Source: an uncultured Pseudomonadota bacterium
GTDB lineage: Bacteria > Pseudomonadota > Alphaproteobacteria > JACZXZ01
Length of the DNA: 64,000 nt
Assembly (NCBI GenBank): GCA_963749075.1
Contig: CAVVLJ010000016.1
Span: 864,001-928,000, forward strand
Direction: 5' to 3'
Part shown: positions 35,915-50,007 of the stretch, piece by piece
How the letters are laid out: each line of letters starts with the position of its first letter
How positions within the stretch are numbered: position 1 is the first letter of the stretch
Made by a program: the position numbers and the translations under genes
Notes under the pieces: model-generated
What the model was told of the DNA's origin: nothing
The model's input: only the letters and a program-made list of their open reading frames with translations
Database searches by the model: none

Positions 35915-36835
35915 TCAGATCGGGTCCCAGCAGAAGACGTCGCCCGAGCGCTCGAGGGGATAGAAGCTCGGCTTGAGCGCGGGCAGCATCTGCTCGGCAA
36001 GAGCGGCCGGCGTCCAGCCCTCGGCGCGGTGCACCGAGCGGACGGGCCGCGGCTGGCTCATGAGGAAGACCTCGTTCTTGCGCACGGCGAAAATCTGGCC
36101 GCTCACCTCCTTGGCAAGGTCGCTAGCTAAGAAGACGACGAGCGGGGCGATCTTCTCGGGTCCCATGGTCTTGACCCGGGCGACGCGCGCCTGCTCCTCC
36201 GCCGTCTCCGTAGGGATGGTGCCGATGAGCCGGCTCCAGGCAAAGGGCGAGACGCAGTTGGAGCGCACGTTGAAGCGTGCCATGTCGAGGGCGATCGATT
36301 TCGAGAGCCCGACGATGCCCATCTTGGCCGCGGCGTAGTTCGCCTGGCCGAAATTGCCGACGAGGCCAGAGGTCGAGGTGAAGTGCACGTAGCTGCCGCT
36401 CTCCTGCTCGCGGAAATGGCGTGCCGCCGCCTTGGCGACGTAGAAGCTGCCGAGGAGATGGACGCGGATCACCGCCTCGAAATCGGCGACGCTCATCTTG
36501 TGGAAGATGCGGTCGCGCAGGATGCCGGCGTTGTTGACCACGCAATCTATGCGCCCGAAGGCATCGAGCGCCGACTTGACGATGCTCTCGCCGCCCTTGG
36601 GCTCAGCGACGCTGTCGGTGTTGGCGACCGCCCGGCCGCCCGCCCTCTTGATCTCCTCGACGACCGCCTGCGCGGGACCCGCGTCCTGGCCTTCGCCCTC
36701 GGCGCTGCCGCCCAGGTCGTTCACCACCACCTGCCCGCCTTCGGCTGCGGCGAGGAGGGCGATCTCGCGGCCGATGCCGCGGCCGGCACCTGTGACCACG
36801 ACGACCTTGCCCTCGAGGCACTTCGTTCTCCCCAT
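35915..36835 (-). CDS. SDR oxidoreductase (3-hydroxyacyl-CoA dehydrogenase, MFE-2-like)
   Basis: TGAGRGIG, VVNDLG, NNAGILRD, NYAAAK. Confidence 0.92.
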   Translation of the reverse strand: MGRTKCLEGKVVVVTGAGRGIGREIALLAAAEGGQVVVNDLGGSAEGEGQDAGPAQAVVEEIKRAGGRAVANTDSVAEPKGGESIVKSALDAFGRIDCVVNNAGILRDRIFHKMSVADFEAVIRVHLLGSFYVAKAAARHFREQESGSYVHFTSTSGLVGNFGQANYAAAKMGIVGLSKSIALDMARFNVRSNCVSPFAWSRLIGTIPTETAEEQARVARVKTMGPEKIAPLVVFLASDLAKEVSGQIFAVRKNEVFLMSQPRPVRSVHRAEGWTPAALAEQMLPALKPSFYPLERSGDVFCWDPI

Positions 36836-36990
36836 CGCGGACTCCTTCCGTCTTTTGCTTTGCCGCGGCGGAAACTCTCGCATGGCGCTTCGGCGGGCGT
36901 CAACGCAATCGGCCCCGTACCCGCCGCATTGACGCTCGAATCTCGCCCGTGCGAGAGTGCGCGCGCAACCGGGCGGGGGGAGTGCTGCGC

Positions 36991-37851
36991 GTGGCGATCG
37001 ACCATCAGACGCTGGTGAATTGGCGCTTCGGCGATCTCGAGCATGCGTATTCGGCGCGCGACACCATCCTTTATGCGCTCGGGGTCGGGCTCGGCGCCCC
37101 GCCGGACGACCGCGACCAGCTCGCCTTCGTCTATGAGGACGGCCTCAAGGCACTCCCCACCATGGCGGTTGTGCTCGGCTATCCCGGCTTCTGGATCAAG
37201 GACCCGCGCACGGGCATCGACTGGACGCGCGCGCTCCACGGCGAGCAGGGCCTCGTCCTCTTCGCTCCGCTGCCGGCAAGCGGCACGGTGATCGGCCGCA
37301 CGCGCATCACCGGGCTCGTCGACAAGGGTGCCAGGCGGGGAGCGCTCCTCATCTCCGAGCGCGAGGTGATCGACAAGGCGAGCGGCGTGCTCCTCTGCCG
37401 CCTCTCCCAGACGGCGGTGCTGCGCGGCGACGGCGGCTTCGGCGGGCCCGGCGGCCCCACGCCCGAGCCGCACCCGATCCCCGCCCGTACGCCGGATTCT
37501 GCCTGCGAGCTCCCGACGCTCCCCCAGGCCGCCCTCATCTACCGCCTCTCGGGCGATTACAATCCGCTACATGCCGATCCCGCGGTCGCCGCCAAGGCCG
37601 GCTTCGAGCGCCCGATCCTTCACGGCCTTTGTACGTTCGGCGTCGTGGGCCATGCCTTGCTCAAGACGCTCTGCGCCTACCGCCCGGAACGGCTCAAGAG
37701 CATGCAGGTGCGCTTCTCGGCACCGGTCTTCCCGGGCGAGACCATCCGCACGGAGATGTGGCGGGACGGCCACATGGTATCGTTCCGCGCGCGCTCGCTT
37801 GAGCGCGACGTGGTGGTGATCAACAACGGTCGGGCCGAGATCGGGACCTGA
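36991..37851 (+). CDS. MaoC-type (R)-specific enoyl-CoA hydratase 2
   Basis: ILYALGVG, LHGEQ, YRLSGDYNPLHADP, ILHGLCT. Confidence 0.92.
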   Translation: MAIDHQTLVNWRFGDLEHAYSARDTILYALGVGLGAPPDDRDQLAFVYEDGLKALPTMAVVLGYPGFWIKDPRTGIDWTRALHGEQGLVLFAPLPASGTVIGRTRITGLVDKGARRGALLISEREVIDKASGVLLCRLSQTAVLRGDGGFGGPGGPTPEPHPIPARTPDSACELPTLPQAALIYRLSGDYNPLHADPAVAAKAGFERPILHGLCTFGVVGHALLKTLCAYRPERLKSMQVRFSAPVFPGETIRTEMWRDGHMVSFRARSLERDVVVINNGRAEIGT

Positions 37852-37870
37852 CGAGAGGGGGAGGAGAGCC

Positions 37871-39988
37871 GTGCCGGGAGCGGAGCCGTCGCTCAGCGCG
37901 CTGTTCCGGCCGCGCTCGCTCGTCGTGCTCGGCGCCTCGGCCGATCCGGCCAAGCTCGGCCACCGCACCTATGTCAATCTCCTGGAGCGCTTTCCCGGGC
38001 GGCTTTATGGCGTGAACGCGCGGGGCGGCGAGGTGCGCGGCCGAGCGCTCCACAGAAGCGTGGCCGAGCTGCCTGAGTGTCCCGATCTTGCCGTGCTCTC
38101 GGTTCCCGTCGAGGGGGCGCTCGAGACGCTCGCGGCCTGTGCCGCGAGGGGAATCAAGAGCGCCGTCGTCTTCACCTCCGGCTTCGCCGAGCTCGGCCCC
38201 GAGGGGCGCCGGCTCCAGGAGCGCCTGCTGGCCATCGCGCGCGGCCACGGCATGCGCCTCCTGGGTCCCAACTGCATGGGTTTCATGGACATCGCGCGCG
38301 GCGTGATCGCGAGCTTCATGGGTCCGGCTACGCTCGCCGGCGTGCTTCCCGGACGCGTGGCGATCTTGAGCCAGAGCGGCGCCATCGGCACGCTCTCGCT
38401 CGCCTTCGCGCGCGAGCGCGGCCTCGGCATCAGCCTCTGGATCACCACGGGAAACCAGTGCGACGCGGACTTCGCCGAATGCCTCGCCTATCTCGCCGAG
38501 GACGACGGCACCGACGTCATCATAGCCGGGCTCGAGGGCTCGGCGGCGGGGGACGCGCTCTGCCATGCCCTTCGCCTCGCGCACGCGCGGAAGAAGCCGG
38601 TCGTCATGCTCAAGATCGGCCGCAGCGAGGTCGGGGCGGCGGCCATCGTCTCCCACACCGGCGTGCTCGCCGGCAACGACGCGGTCTACGACGCCGTCTT
38701 CCGCGCCCACGGCGTCCACCGCGCCGCGGATTTTTCCGAGCTCATGGACGTGGCCGAGGCGGCGGCGGCAGGGCTCTTTCCCGAGAACGCGCGGATCGGC
38801 CTCGTCACGGTCTCGGGCGGGGTCGGCGTCATGATGGCGGACGAGGCGGTTGAGCGCGGCCTCGAGGTCGCAGCCATGCCCGAGCGCGCGCAACGGCGCC
38901 TCAAGGCGATCGTGCCGTTCGCGAGCCCGCGCAATCCGGTCGACGCCACGACGGTCATCATTTCGGACCCGCCGGTCTTGCGCCGCTTCCTCGAGGAGAC
39001 GCTGGCCCAAGGCCGCTACGGCGCCGTCGTCGTCTTCCTCGCCACGCTGGGGCTCAACCTCGCCCATATGGAGCGCACGCTCGCGGCCCTCGACGGCTTG
39101 AGGCAGTCCTATCCGCGGCGGCCCATCGTCTTCGTCATGGCGGCGACGCCCGAGACGCGGGCGCTGACCGAGGCCGCGGGCTTCCGGGTGCTCGACGAGC
39201 CGGTGCGCGCGGTGGCAGCCCTTGCGGCGCTCGAGCGCATGCGCGAGGCGTGGCGGCGGCCCGCGCCGAAGCCGGCAGGCAGGTTGCGCGCCCGGCCGCT
39301 CGCGGTGCCGCCGCGGAACGAGGACGAGGCGCTGGCGTTTCTCGCACGCCTCGGCATCCCGGTGGTGAAGCGCCGCCTCGTCGCCTCGCGCGCGGCGGCG
39401 GAGCGCGCGGCGGCCGGATTGGGCTTTCCGGTTGCGCTCAAGATCGTCTCGCCCGACATCGCGCACAAGTCCGACATCGGCGGCGTGGCGCTCGACGTGG
39501 CGACGCGGGCGGCGGCGGGCGAGGCCTTCCGGCGCATCATGCGGCGCGTGGCACAGCAGAAGCCGCGGGCGCGGCTGGACGGCGTCCTCGTGGCGCCGAT
39601 GGTCAAGGGTGGGGTCGAGCTCATCCTCGGCGCGCGCCGCGACGCGGTCTTCGGGCCGGTCGTCATGCTCGGCATGGGCGGCATCCATGCCGAGACCCTC
39701 AAGGACGTGAGCCTGCGGCTGGCACCGCTCGACGCGCGCGAGGCGATCGCCATGATCCGCGAGCTCGCCGGCTATCCGCTCCTCGCCGGCGCGCGCGGCC
39801 GACAGCTGCTCGATCTCGCCGCCCTCGCCCGCGCCATCGCGGCACTCTCGCGCGCCGCCGCGGCTTATCGCGACAGCATCGAGAGCATCGACATCAATCC
39901 CTTCGTCCTGCTCGCGAAGGGGGGCATGGCGCTCGATGCTCTCGTGCTGCCCCTCAGAGCGCCGCGACGACGCGGATCTCCACCTTGA
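37871..39988 (+). CDS. Acetate--CoA ligase family (NDP-forming acyl-CoA synthetase), second paralog
   Basis: LGPNCMG, SQSG, SHTG, HKSDIGGV, DINP. Confidence 0.9.
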   Translation: MPGAEPSLSALFRPRSLVVLGASADPAKLGHRTYVNLLERFPGRLYGVNARGGEVRGRALHRSVAELPECPDLAVLSVPVEGALETLAACAARGIKSAVVFTSGFAELGPEGRRLQERLLAIARGHGMRLLGPNCMGFMDIARGVIASFMGPATLAGVLPGRVAILSQSGAIGTLSLAFARERGLGISLWITTGNQCDADFAECLAYLAEDDGTDVIIAGLEGSAAGDALCHALRLAHARKKPVVMLKIGRSEVGAAAIVSHTGVLAGNDAVYDAVFRAHGVHRAADFSELMDVAEAAAAGLFPENARIGLVTVSGGVGVMMADEAVERGLEVAAMPERAQRRLKAIVPFASPRNPVDATTVIISDPPVLRRFLEETLAQGRYGAVVVFLATLGLNLAHMERTLAALDGLRQSYPRRPIVFVMAATPETRALTEAAGFRVLDEPVRAVAALAALERMREAWRRPAPKPAGRLRARPLAVPPRNEDEALAFLARLGIPVVKRRLVASRAAAERAAAGLGFPVALKIVSPDIAHKSDIGGVALDVATRAAAGEAFRRIMRRVAQQKPRARLDGVLVAPMVKGGVELILGARRDAVFGPVVMLGMGGIHAETLKDVSLRLAPLDAREAIAMIRELAGYPLLAGARGRQLLDLAALARAIAALSRAAAAYRDSIESIDINPFVLLAKGGMALDALVLPLRAPRRRGSPP

Positions 39989-40298
39989 GGTCCGCCCGCG
40001 CGAGCTTGCTCTCGACGCAGGCGCGCGCCGGGGTATTGCCCTGGGAGACCCAGGCGTCCCACACCTTGTTCATCTGATCGAAGGTCTTGATGTCGGCGAG
40101 CCAGATGGTGGCCGAGAGCATCTTGCTCTTGTCGCTGCCGGCCTCCTTGAGATAGGCGTCGATCTTGGCGACGATCTGCTGGGTCTGGCCGGCCACGTCG
40201 ACCGTGGCATCGTCGGCGACGACGCCGGCGAGATAGACCGTGTCGCCGTGGATCACGATCTGGCTCATGCGGGGGCCTACTCTCAAGCGCTTGATCAT
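39954..40298 (-). CDS. RidA/YjgF family (YoaB-like)
   Basis: RMSQIVIHGDTVYLAG, MNKVWDAW, PARACVE. Confidence 0.92.
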   Translation of the reverse strand: MIKRLRVGPRMSQIVIHGDTVYLAGVVADDATVDVAGQTQQIVAKIDAYLKEAGSDKSKMLSATIWLADIKTFDQMNKVWDAWVSQGNTPARACVESKLARADLKVEIRVVAAL

Positions 40299-40427
40299 GG
40301 CGTTCTCCCTTAGGGTTTCCGGCCGATCATAGCGGGCCGGGGCGCCGCTACCAACCGTGCCGATATCACCTTGCGCCGGGCGCGCAAGGCAGCCATGCTC
40401 ACGGCGAGCAACAGGGAGAGTGCCTAT

Positions 40428-43236
<2,809 letters not shown>

Positions 43237-43245
43237 GGCCTCTCC

Positions 43246-44130
43246 TCACATGCGCCGCGCGAGGCGCGGATCGAGCGCGTCGCGCAAGCCGTCGCCCACG
43301 AGGTTGACCGCGAGCACGGTCGCCGAGAGGAAGAGGGCTGGGAAGATGATCATGTAGGGCGACACCTCGAAGAGGCTGCGCCCCTCGGCCATGATGTTGC
43401 CCCAGCTCGGGATGTTGGGCGGCGTGCCGGCGCCGATGAAGGAGAGGATGGCCTCGGTGATCATGGCGGAGGCGCAGATATAGGTGCCCTGCACCAGGAT
43501 CGGCGCCACCGTATTGGGGAGGATGTGGCGCGAGAGCGTGCGGAAGAAGCCGGTGCCGGCGGCGACCGCGGCCTCGACGAAGGGCTGCTCGCGCAAGGAG
43601 AGCACGACGCCGCGCACGAGCCGCGTCACGCGCGGCACCTCGGACACGGTGATGGCGAAGATGACGTTTCCCAGGCTCGCCCTGGTGAGCGCCATGAGGG
43701 CGATCGCCAGCAGCACCGAGGGGATCGACATGAGCCCGTCCATGATCCGCATGACGATGGCGTCGGCCCAGCGGTTGAAGCCGGTGACGAGGCCGATTGC
43801 GAGGCCGGCCGCGGTCGAGAAGAGCGCCACGCTGAGGCCGACCGCGAGCGAGACGCGCGCGCCATAGACGGTGCGGCTGTAGATGTCGCGGCCGAGCATG
43901 TCGGTGCCGAACCAATAGGCCGCGGAGGGCACGCGCAGGCGCTTGATGGGCGCCACGGCCTGGGGGTCCGAGGTCCAGAGATAGGGTGCCAGGATCGCCA
44001 TCAGCGCCATCAGGAGGAGGAGGGCTGAGCCCACGACGATGGTCGGGTGGCGGCGCATCGCCTCGCGCACGAAGCCGCGCCTGGCGGGTGAGGCGATCAG
44101 CGGCGCGCTCGCGAGCGGCTCGGCGGTCAT
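43246..44130 (-). CDS. Peptide ABC permease (DppC/OppC-like)
   Basis: FGTDMLGRD, FVEAA, HILPN, GDGLRDALDP. Confidence 0.93.
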   Translation of the reverse strand: MTAEPLASAPLIASPARRGFVREAMRRHPTIVVGSALLLLMALMAILAPYLWTSDPQAVAPIKRLRVPSAAYWFGTDMLGRDIYSRTVYGARVSLAVGLSVALFSTAAGLAIGLVTGFNRWADAIVMRIMDGLMSIPSVLLAIALMALTRASLGNVIFAITVSEVPRVTRLVRGVVLSLREQPFVEAAVAAGTGFFRTLSRHILPNTVAPILVQGTYICASAMITEAILSFIGAGTPPNIPSWGNIMAEGRSLFEVSPYMIIFPALFLSATVLAVNLVGDGLRDALDPRLARRM

Positions 44131-44132
44131 CC

Positions 44133-45074
44133 TCAGTACCTTACGCGCGGATCGAGGAGCGTGTAGCTCACGTCGACGAGCAGGTTGACCAGCACGAAGA
44201 CGGCCGAGAAGAGGAGGGTGACGCCCTGGATGATCGGGTAGTCGCGGCGGAGGATGGCGTCGACCGTGAGGCGGCCGAGGCCCGGAATGGCGAACACCGT
44301 CTCGGTCACGATGACGCCGCTGATGAGAAGGGCGACGCCGATGCCGATGATGGTCGCGATGGGCACCGCCGCGTTCTTGAGCGCATGGCCGATGAGCACG
44401 TCGCGCGTGGCGAGCCCCTTGGCCCGCGCGGTGCGGATATAGTCCTGGCTCAAGACCTCGAGCATGCTGGCCCGCGTGATGCGCGCGATCAGCGCGGCAT
44501 AGATGAGGCCGAGGGAGAGCGAGGGCAGCACGATGTGGGCGAGGAAGGGGAGGAAGCCCACGCGGATGCTGACGTAGCCCTGCACGGGGAGGAGGTCGAG
44601 CTCGACCGAGAAGACGAGGATGAGGAGATAGGCGAGCACGAAGGCGGGGAGCGAGAAGCCGAGCACCGCGAAAGCCATGGCCGCGCGGTCGATCCAGGTG
44701 CCCACCTTCCAGGCAGCTAGGACGCCGATGGGAATCGCGATCGCGATGGCGACGATCATGGTGGTGACGGTGAGCGCCACGGTCGGCTCGAGGCGCTGGG
44801 CGATGAGCGTGCTGACCGGCAGGTTGGTGAAGATCGAGATGCCGAGGTCGCCGTGGAGCACGCCCCAGAACCATTTGCCGAAGCGCAAGAGGAAGGGCTC
44901 GTCGAGGCCGAGCTGCTGGTGGATGCGCGCGATGTCCGCGGGCGTCGCGAGATCCCCCGCGATGATCGCGGCCGGATCGCCGGGTGCCAGATAGAGGAGC
45001 GAGAAGACGAAGACGGCGACGACCCCCATGACGGGAATCGTCGCAAGCAGCCGTCGGGCGATATAGGCGATCAC
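44133..45074 (-). CDS. Peptide ABC permease (DppB/OppB-like)
   Basis: LAPGDPA, GDLG.S, DYIRTARAKG, RDYP.IQG, DPR. Confidence 0.93.
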   Translation of the reverse strand: MIAYIARRLLATIPVMGVVAVFVFSLLYLAPGDPAAIIAGDLATPADIARIHQQLGLDEPFLLRFGKWFWGVLHGDLGISIFTNLPVSTLIAQRLEPTVALTVTTMIVAIAIAIPIGVLAAWKVGTWIDRAAMAFAVLGFSLPAFVLAYLLILVFSVELDLLPVQGYVSIRVGFLPFLAHIVLPSLSLGLIYAALIARITRASMLEVLSQDYIRTARAKGLATRDVLIGHALKNAAVPIATIIGIGVALLISGVIVTETVFAIPGLGRLTVDAILRRDYPIIQGVTLLFSAVFVLVNLLVDVSYTLLDPRVRY

Positions 45075-45148
45075 GGGACCAGCCGCCGCATCACTCTCAC
45101 CGTGGCGTCGCGTTCGCGATGTTACCCGCTCGCGGGCGGGCTTGACAC

Positions 45149-45164
45149 AGCAAATAGCGTGCCA
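45149..45164 (-). promoter_or_regulatory. Sigma54 (-24/-12) promoter upstream of the dppBCDF-like operon
   Basis: Minus strand reads TGGCAC-GCTAT-TTGCT, an exact TGGCAC-N5-TTGCW match, about 75 nt upstream of the permease start. Confidence 0.75.
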
Positions 45165-45184
45165 GGGGGTTAGTTAGGATGGAA

Positions 45185-45285
45185 CCCCCCACCCCAACCC
45201 TCCCCCTCAAGGGGGGAGGGGGCCCTTATTGCGCTCGCCCGTGGATTTCCCTCCCCCCTTGAGGGGGAGGGTAGGGAGGGGGGTG
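45185..45285. repeat. REP-like palindromic element, two inverted copies
   Basis: CCCACCCCAACCCTCCCCCTCAAGGGGGGAGGG ... CCCTCCCCCCTTGAGGGGGAGGGTAGGGAGGGGG. Confidence 0.85.
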
Positions 45286-45310
45286 AAGATCGTAAGACGC
45301 CGGCGCGCCC

Positions 45311-46408
<1,098 letters not shown>

Positions 46409-46425
46409 GCTTGGGACTCCCGGGA

Positions 46426-47322
46426 TCAGCCCTTGGTGGCGCCGGCGGTGAGCCCGGCAATGTAATAGTCCATGAGAAAGGCGTAGATGACGAGCGGAGG
46501 TGCCGCCGCGATGAGGGCGGCGGTCATGATCATGCCCCACTGGTAGACGTCGCCCTTGACGAGGGTGGTCACCGTGCCGGCCGTGAGGACGAGCTGGTCG
46601 GAGCTGAAGATGAAGGCCATGGGATAGACGAACTCGGACCACGACACCGTGAAGGCGAAGATCGTTGCCGCGATGAGGCCGGGCAGCGCCACGGGGATGA
46701 AGATCTTGAAGAGCATCTGGACGTGGTTGGCGCCGTCGATGAGGGCCGCCTCGTCGAGCTCCTTGGGGATGCTCTGGAAGTAGCCGATCATGATCCAGGT
46801 GCAAAACGGCACCGTGAGCGTCGGATAGACCAGCACCAGCGCCCAATACGAGTTCAGCAGCCCGAGCGCGCCCACGATCTTGAACATCGGGATGAAGAGC
46901 AGCGAATCCGGCACGAGATAGGTGAGGAATACTCCCGTCGCGAAGACGCCCGAGCCCCAGAACTTCATGCGCCCGAGTGCAAAGGCGGCCGGCACGCTGA
47001 TCACCATGCTGATCGCCACGGTGAGCAGCGTCACGATGACGGTGTTGAGGAAGTAGATGGGAAAATCCGTGTGATACAGCAGGGTCGTGATGTTCTCGGA
47101 GGTCGGCGGCAACGCCGGCGTCCAGGGATCGAGGGTCTGGTTCGAGATCTGCGAGCTCGTCTTGGTCGCGGTGACGAGCGCGTAGAAAGGCGGGGTCAAG
47201 AAGAAGATCGCGAAGACGATGAGGAAGACGTAGGACAGGATGAGCGCCCAGCGCCGGTTGCGCGAGAGGCTGCCGCGGAAGGAGAGCCGAGGCGCTGCGA
47301 CGGCGGCGGCGTCGGCCGTCAT
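46426..47322 (-). CDS. Carbohydrate ABC permease (MalG-like)
   Basis: YFQSIPKELDEAALIDGA. Confidence 0.92.
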   Translation of the reverse strand: MTADAAAVAAPRLSFRGSLSRNRRWALILSYVFLIVFAIFFLTPPFYALVTATKTSSQISNQTLDPWTPALPPTSENITTLLYHTDFPIYFLNTVIVTLLTVAISMVISVPAAFALGRMKFWGSGVFATGVFLTYLVPDSLLFIPMFKIVGALGLLNSYWALVLVYPTLTVPFCTWIMIGYFQSIPKELDEAALIDGANHVQMLFKIFIPVALPGLIAATIFAFTVSWSEFVYPMAFIFSSDQLVLTAGTVTTLVKGDVYQWGMIMTAALIAAAPPLVIYAFLMDYYIAGLTAGATKG

Positions 47323-48272
47323 CAGATCTCCCTCCCGCGCCGCATCACGCCGCGCAGGATGAAGAAGGCGGAGACGCCGAGGATGGGGAACATGAAGAGG
47401 GACACCGCCGAGCCGAGCGGAATGTCGCCCACCTGGATGCCCAGCTGGAAGGCGTAAGTTGCGAACACGTGGGTCATGTTGCGCGGACCGCCCGAGGTCA
47501 ACACGCGGACGATGTCGTAGTTCGCGAAGGTGACGATGAGCGAGAGCAGGACGGTGATGGCGATGATGTTACGCATCATGGGCAGCGTGATGTGGACGAA
47601 GCGCTGCCAGGCGCTGGCTCCGTCGATGGACGCCGCCTCATAGAGCTGCTCGGGCACCGACTTGATGGCGGCCAGGTACATGATCAGGAAGAAGGGCGCG
47701 CCGTACCAGACGTTGACCAGCACCGCGCAGAAGCGTGCCCAATAGGGCTCGCTGAGCCAGGCCACGTGCATGCCGAAGTGGCCGAGGATCCAGTTGAAGG
47801 CGCTGTAGGTGGGATCGAACATCCACCACCAGGTCAGCGTCGAGAGCGAAAGCGGCATGACCCAGGGCACCAGCAGCATGCCGCGCCATTTGCGCTGGCC
47901 CTTGGAGGGCAGATTGTTCACGAGATGCGCCGTGATGATGCCGATGAGCGCCTTGAAGAACACCGCGCTGACCGCGAAGATCGTCGATTGCTCGACCACC
48001 ATCCAGAAGGTGTCGCGGCCCAGGAGAAACGTGAAATTGCCGAGACCGATGAACTTGGTCTGGGCCTTGTTCAGCAGCGAGAGATAGATCGAATAGAGGA
48101 AGGGAAAGAGCACCAGCCCTATCACAAGGGCCATGAGCGGGGTGCACCACAGGACCGCGATCGTCGTCCGCCGTTGCATCAGCTTGTGCAGGCTGCTGCG
48201 CGACGGGCGCGGCAAGGTCGCGGCACCCAGGAAATCGGCCGCGCCGAGCGGCTTGTGGACTTGGTCGACCAT
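47322..48272 (-). CDS. Carbohydrate ABC permease (MalF-like)
   Basis: LYEAASIDGASAWQRF.HITLP. Confidence 0.92.
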   Translation of the reverse strand: MVDQVHKPLGAADFLGAATLPRPSRSSLHKLMQRRTTIAVLWCTPLMALVIGLVLFPFLYSIYLSLLNKAQTKFIGLGNFTFLLGRDTFWMVVEQSTIFAVSAVFFKALIGIITAHLVNNLPSKGQRKWRGMLLVPWVMPLSLSTLTWWWMFDPTYSAFNWILGHFGMHVAWLSEPYWARFCAVLVNVWYGAPFFLIMYLAAIKSVPEQLYEAASIDGASAWQRFVHITLPMMRNIIAITVLLSLIVTFANYDIVRVLTSGGPRNMTHVFATYAFQLGIQVGDIPLGSAVSLFMFPILGVSAFFILRGVMRRGREI

Positions 48273-48425
48273 GGCGATCAGCTCCCGCTGTTGCCGTTCC
48301 ACAATCGGGAGCGGGCGTGCCCCGCCGGCAGCCCGCTCTCAAGAACCCGGATGGAAACGGCGGCCGTCATGCCGAAGCGGCGGTGCGCCGTTCCACCGAT
48401 ACCTGTCCCGTCCTCCGCGCGGCGA

Positions 48426-49779
48426 TCAGGTGCGGAGATAGCCCTCAAGCTCGCCCGACGCCCACTTGATGACCTCGTCGATCTTCTGCTTGCCCTGGGC
48501 GACCTTCGCGATCATGACGGTCTGCAGGGCCTGATTGTAAATCTGCGCCGCGATATCGGGCCGCGCCGGATATCCGGCCATGCTGTATTGCTCGTCCCCG
48601 CGCGGCGGATAGTTGTAGACGGTGCCCAAGGGCGGCTCGACCGTCTTCCAGGTATCGAAATCATAGTAGCTCTTGAAGGACGGCAGGTCGTAGCCGCTCG
48701 AGGCGGCAACGAGACGCCTCGCTTGCGGCTTGTCCACGATATAGTGGACGAGCTCCTTGGCGGCCGTCTTGTTGGTGCCGAAATTCCAAATGCCGTAGAT
48801 GAACGGCAGGTGGGGGGCGAAGCGGCCCTTGGGTCCGCGCGGCATGTCGTGGGTCCAGCACTGCTCGCCCACGGGACGGTTGTCGCGCACCGCGACGGCC
48901 CAGGCGCTCGGCGGATTCATGATGTTCGAGCCCTTGCCCGAGATGAGCCAGCGGTTGTTGCCGGCGTCGTCCCAGGCATAGACGTTCAGGCGAATTGGCC
49001 GCCATCAGTTTCGCGGCGTATTCGAGGACGGTGCGGGTCTCGGGCGAATCGATCTTGATCTGGTCCTTCTCGTCGACGAAGACCGAGCCGTGGCCGCGGA
49101 AGAGGGCGCCCACCCAGTCGATGGCGTCGCTCGTCTGGCCCATGGGCAAACCGACCGGGAAGCCGCCCTTGAAGAGCTGCTCCGCGGTCTTGAGGTACAT
49201 CGCCCAGTCCCAACTCTCGACCAGCGCCTTGTCGCGCTCCACGCCCGGGCCGGGAAACATCTTCACGATGTCGACGTCGCAATACTTCTTGTAGAGATCG
49301 ATGCGCGAGCAGCACGGCTTGACCTGGCTGCCGCAGATAGCCGGAATGCCCATCCAGTGGCCGTCGAACTTGGAGAGATACTCGCAAGTGTCGGCGATCG
49401 GCCCATGGTCCTTGATGAGCGCCGAGATCACGTCGTCGGTAGGCTCGAGCTTGGCGCGGTGAACCGTGATCTGCCAGGCGCGATGGGAGAAGATGTCGTG
49501 GCCGGTGCCGGCTTGCGCCTCGGCGCTTCCGGTCAAGAGATCCTTGTCGCCGATCGTGGTGATGTAGTCGATGTGGATCTCGACCTTGTTCTTCTCGCCC
49601 CATTCGTTGACGATCGCCGTCAAGGTATCGTTGGCGCCGGGGACCCAGTGGTCCCAGGCCCCGATGGCTAGCTTGCCGGCAGCATAGCTCGTGCGCATGT
49701 AGGGTGCTGCCACGAGCGCAGTCGTGGCCAGCGCGGTCTTCGCGATGAACTTGCGGCGTGAAATCTTGCTCCGAGTCAT
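48426..49779 (-). CDS. Carbohydrate-type ABC substrate-binding protein (Tat-type signal), one extra base near 48985
   Basis: SRRKF signal, WDHWVPGAN; removing one A joins the frames as NSPDVYAWDDAGNNRWLISGKGSNIMNPPSAW. Confidence 0.82.
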
Positions 49780-50007
49780 CTCTGCTCCTCCCAAGGTCGC
49801 GGGCGATCACTGCACCCGATCGTTGATATCATTGAGTCCGATAATATAACCGAATGCGGGCAAGAGGAATAGGCCGATCGTAGCGGCAAGCAAAAGGCCG
49901 CGGCCTCGGGCGGAGGTGCTGCAAATCCAGGCAAAAATGCGGCACGAGGCCGCCAAACGTCCCGGCCGGGCCGTTGCCCCGGTCGCCCCGCCCGGCCGCC
50001 GGCGCGC

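Noticed and set aside
49820-49860. AT-rich patch with a TGATATCA palindrome upstream of the sugar ABC binding protein
   Set aside because: Probably promoter DNA, but too short to assign to a regulator
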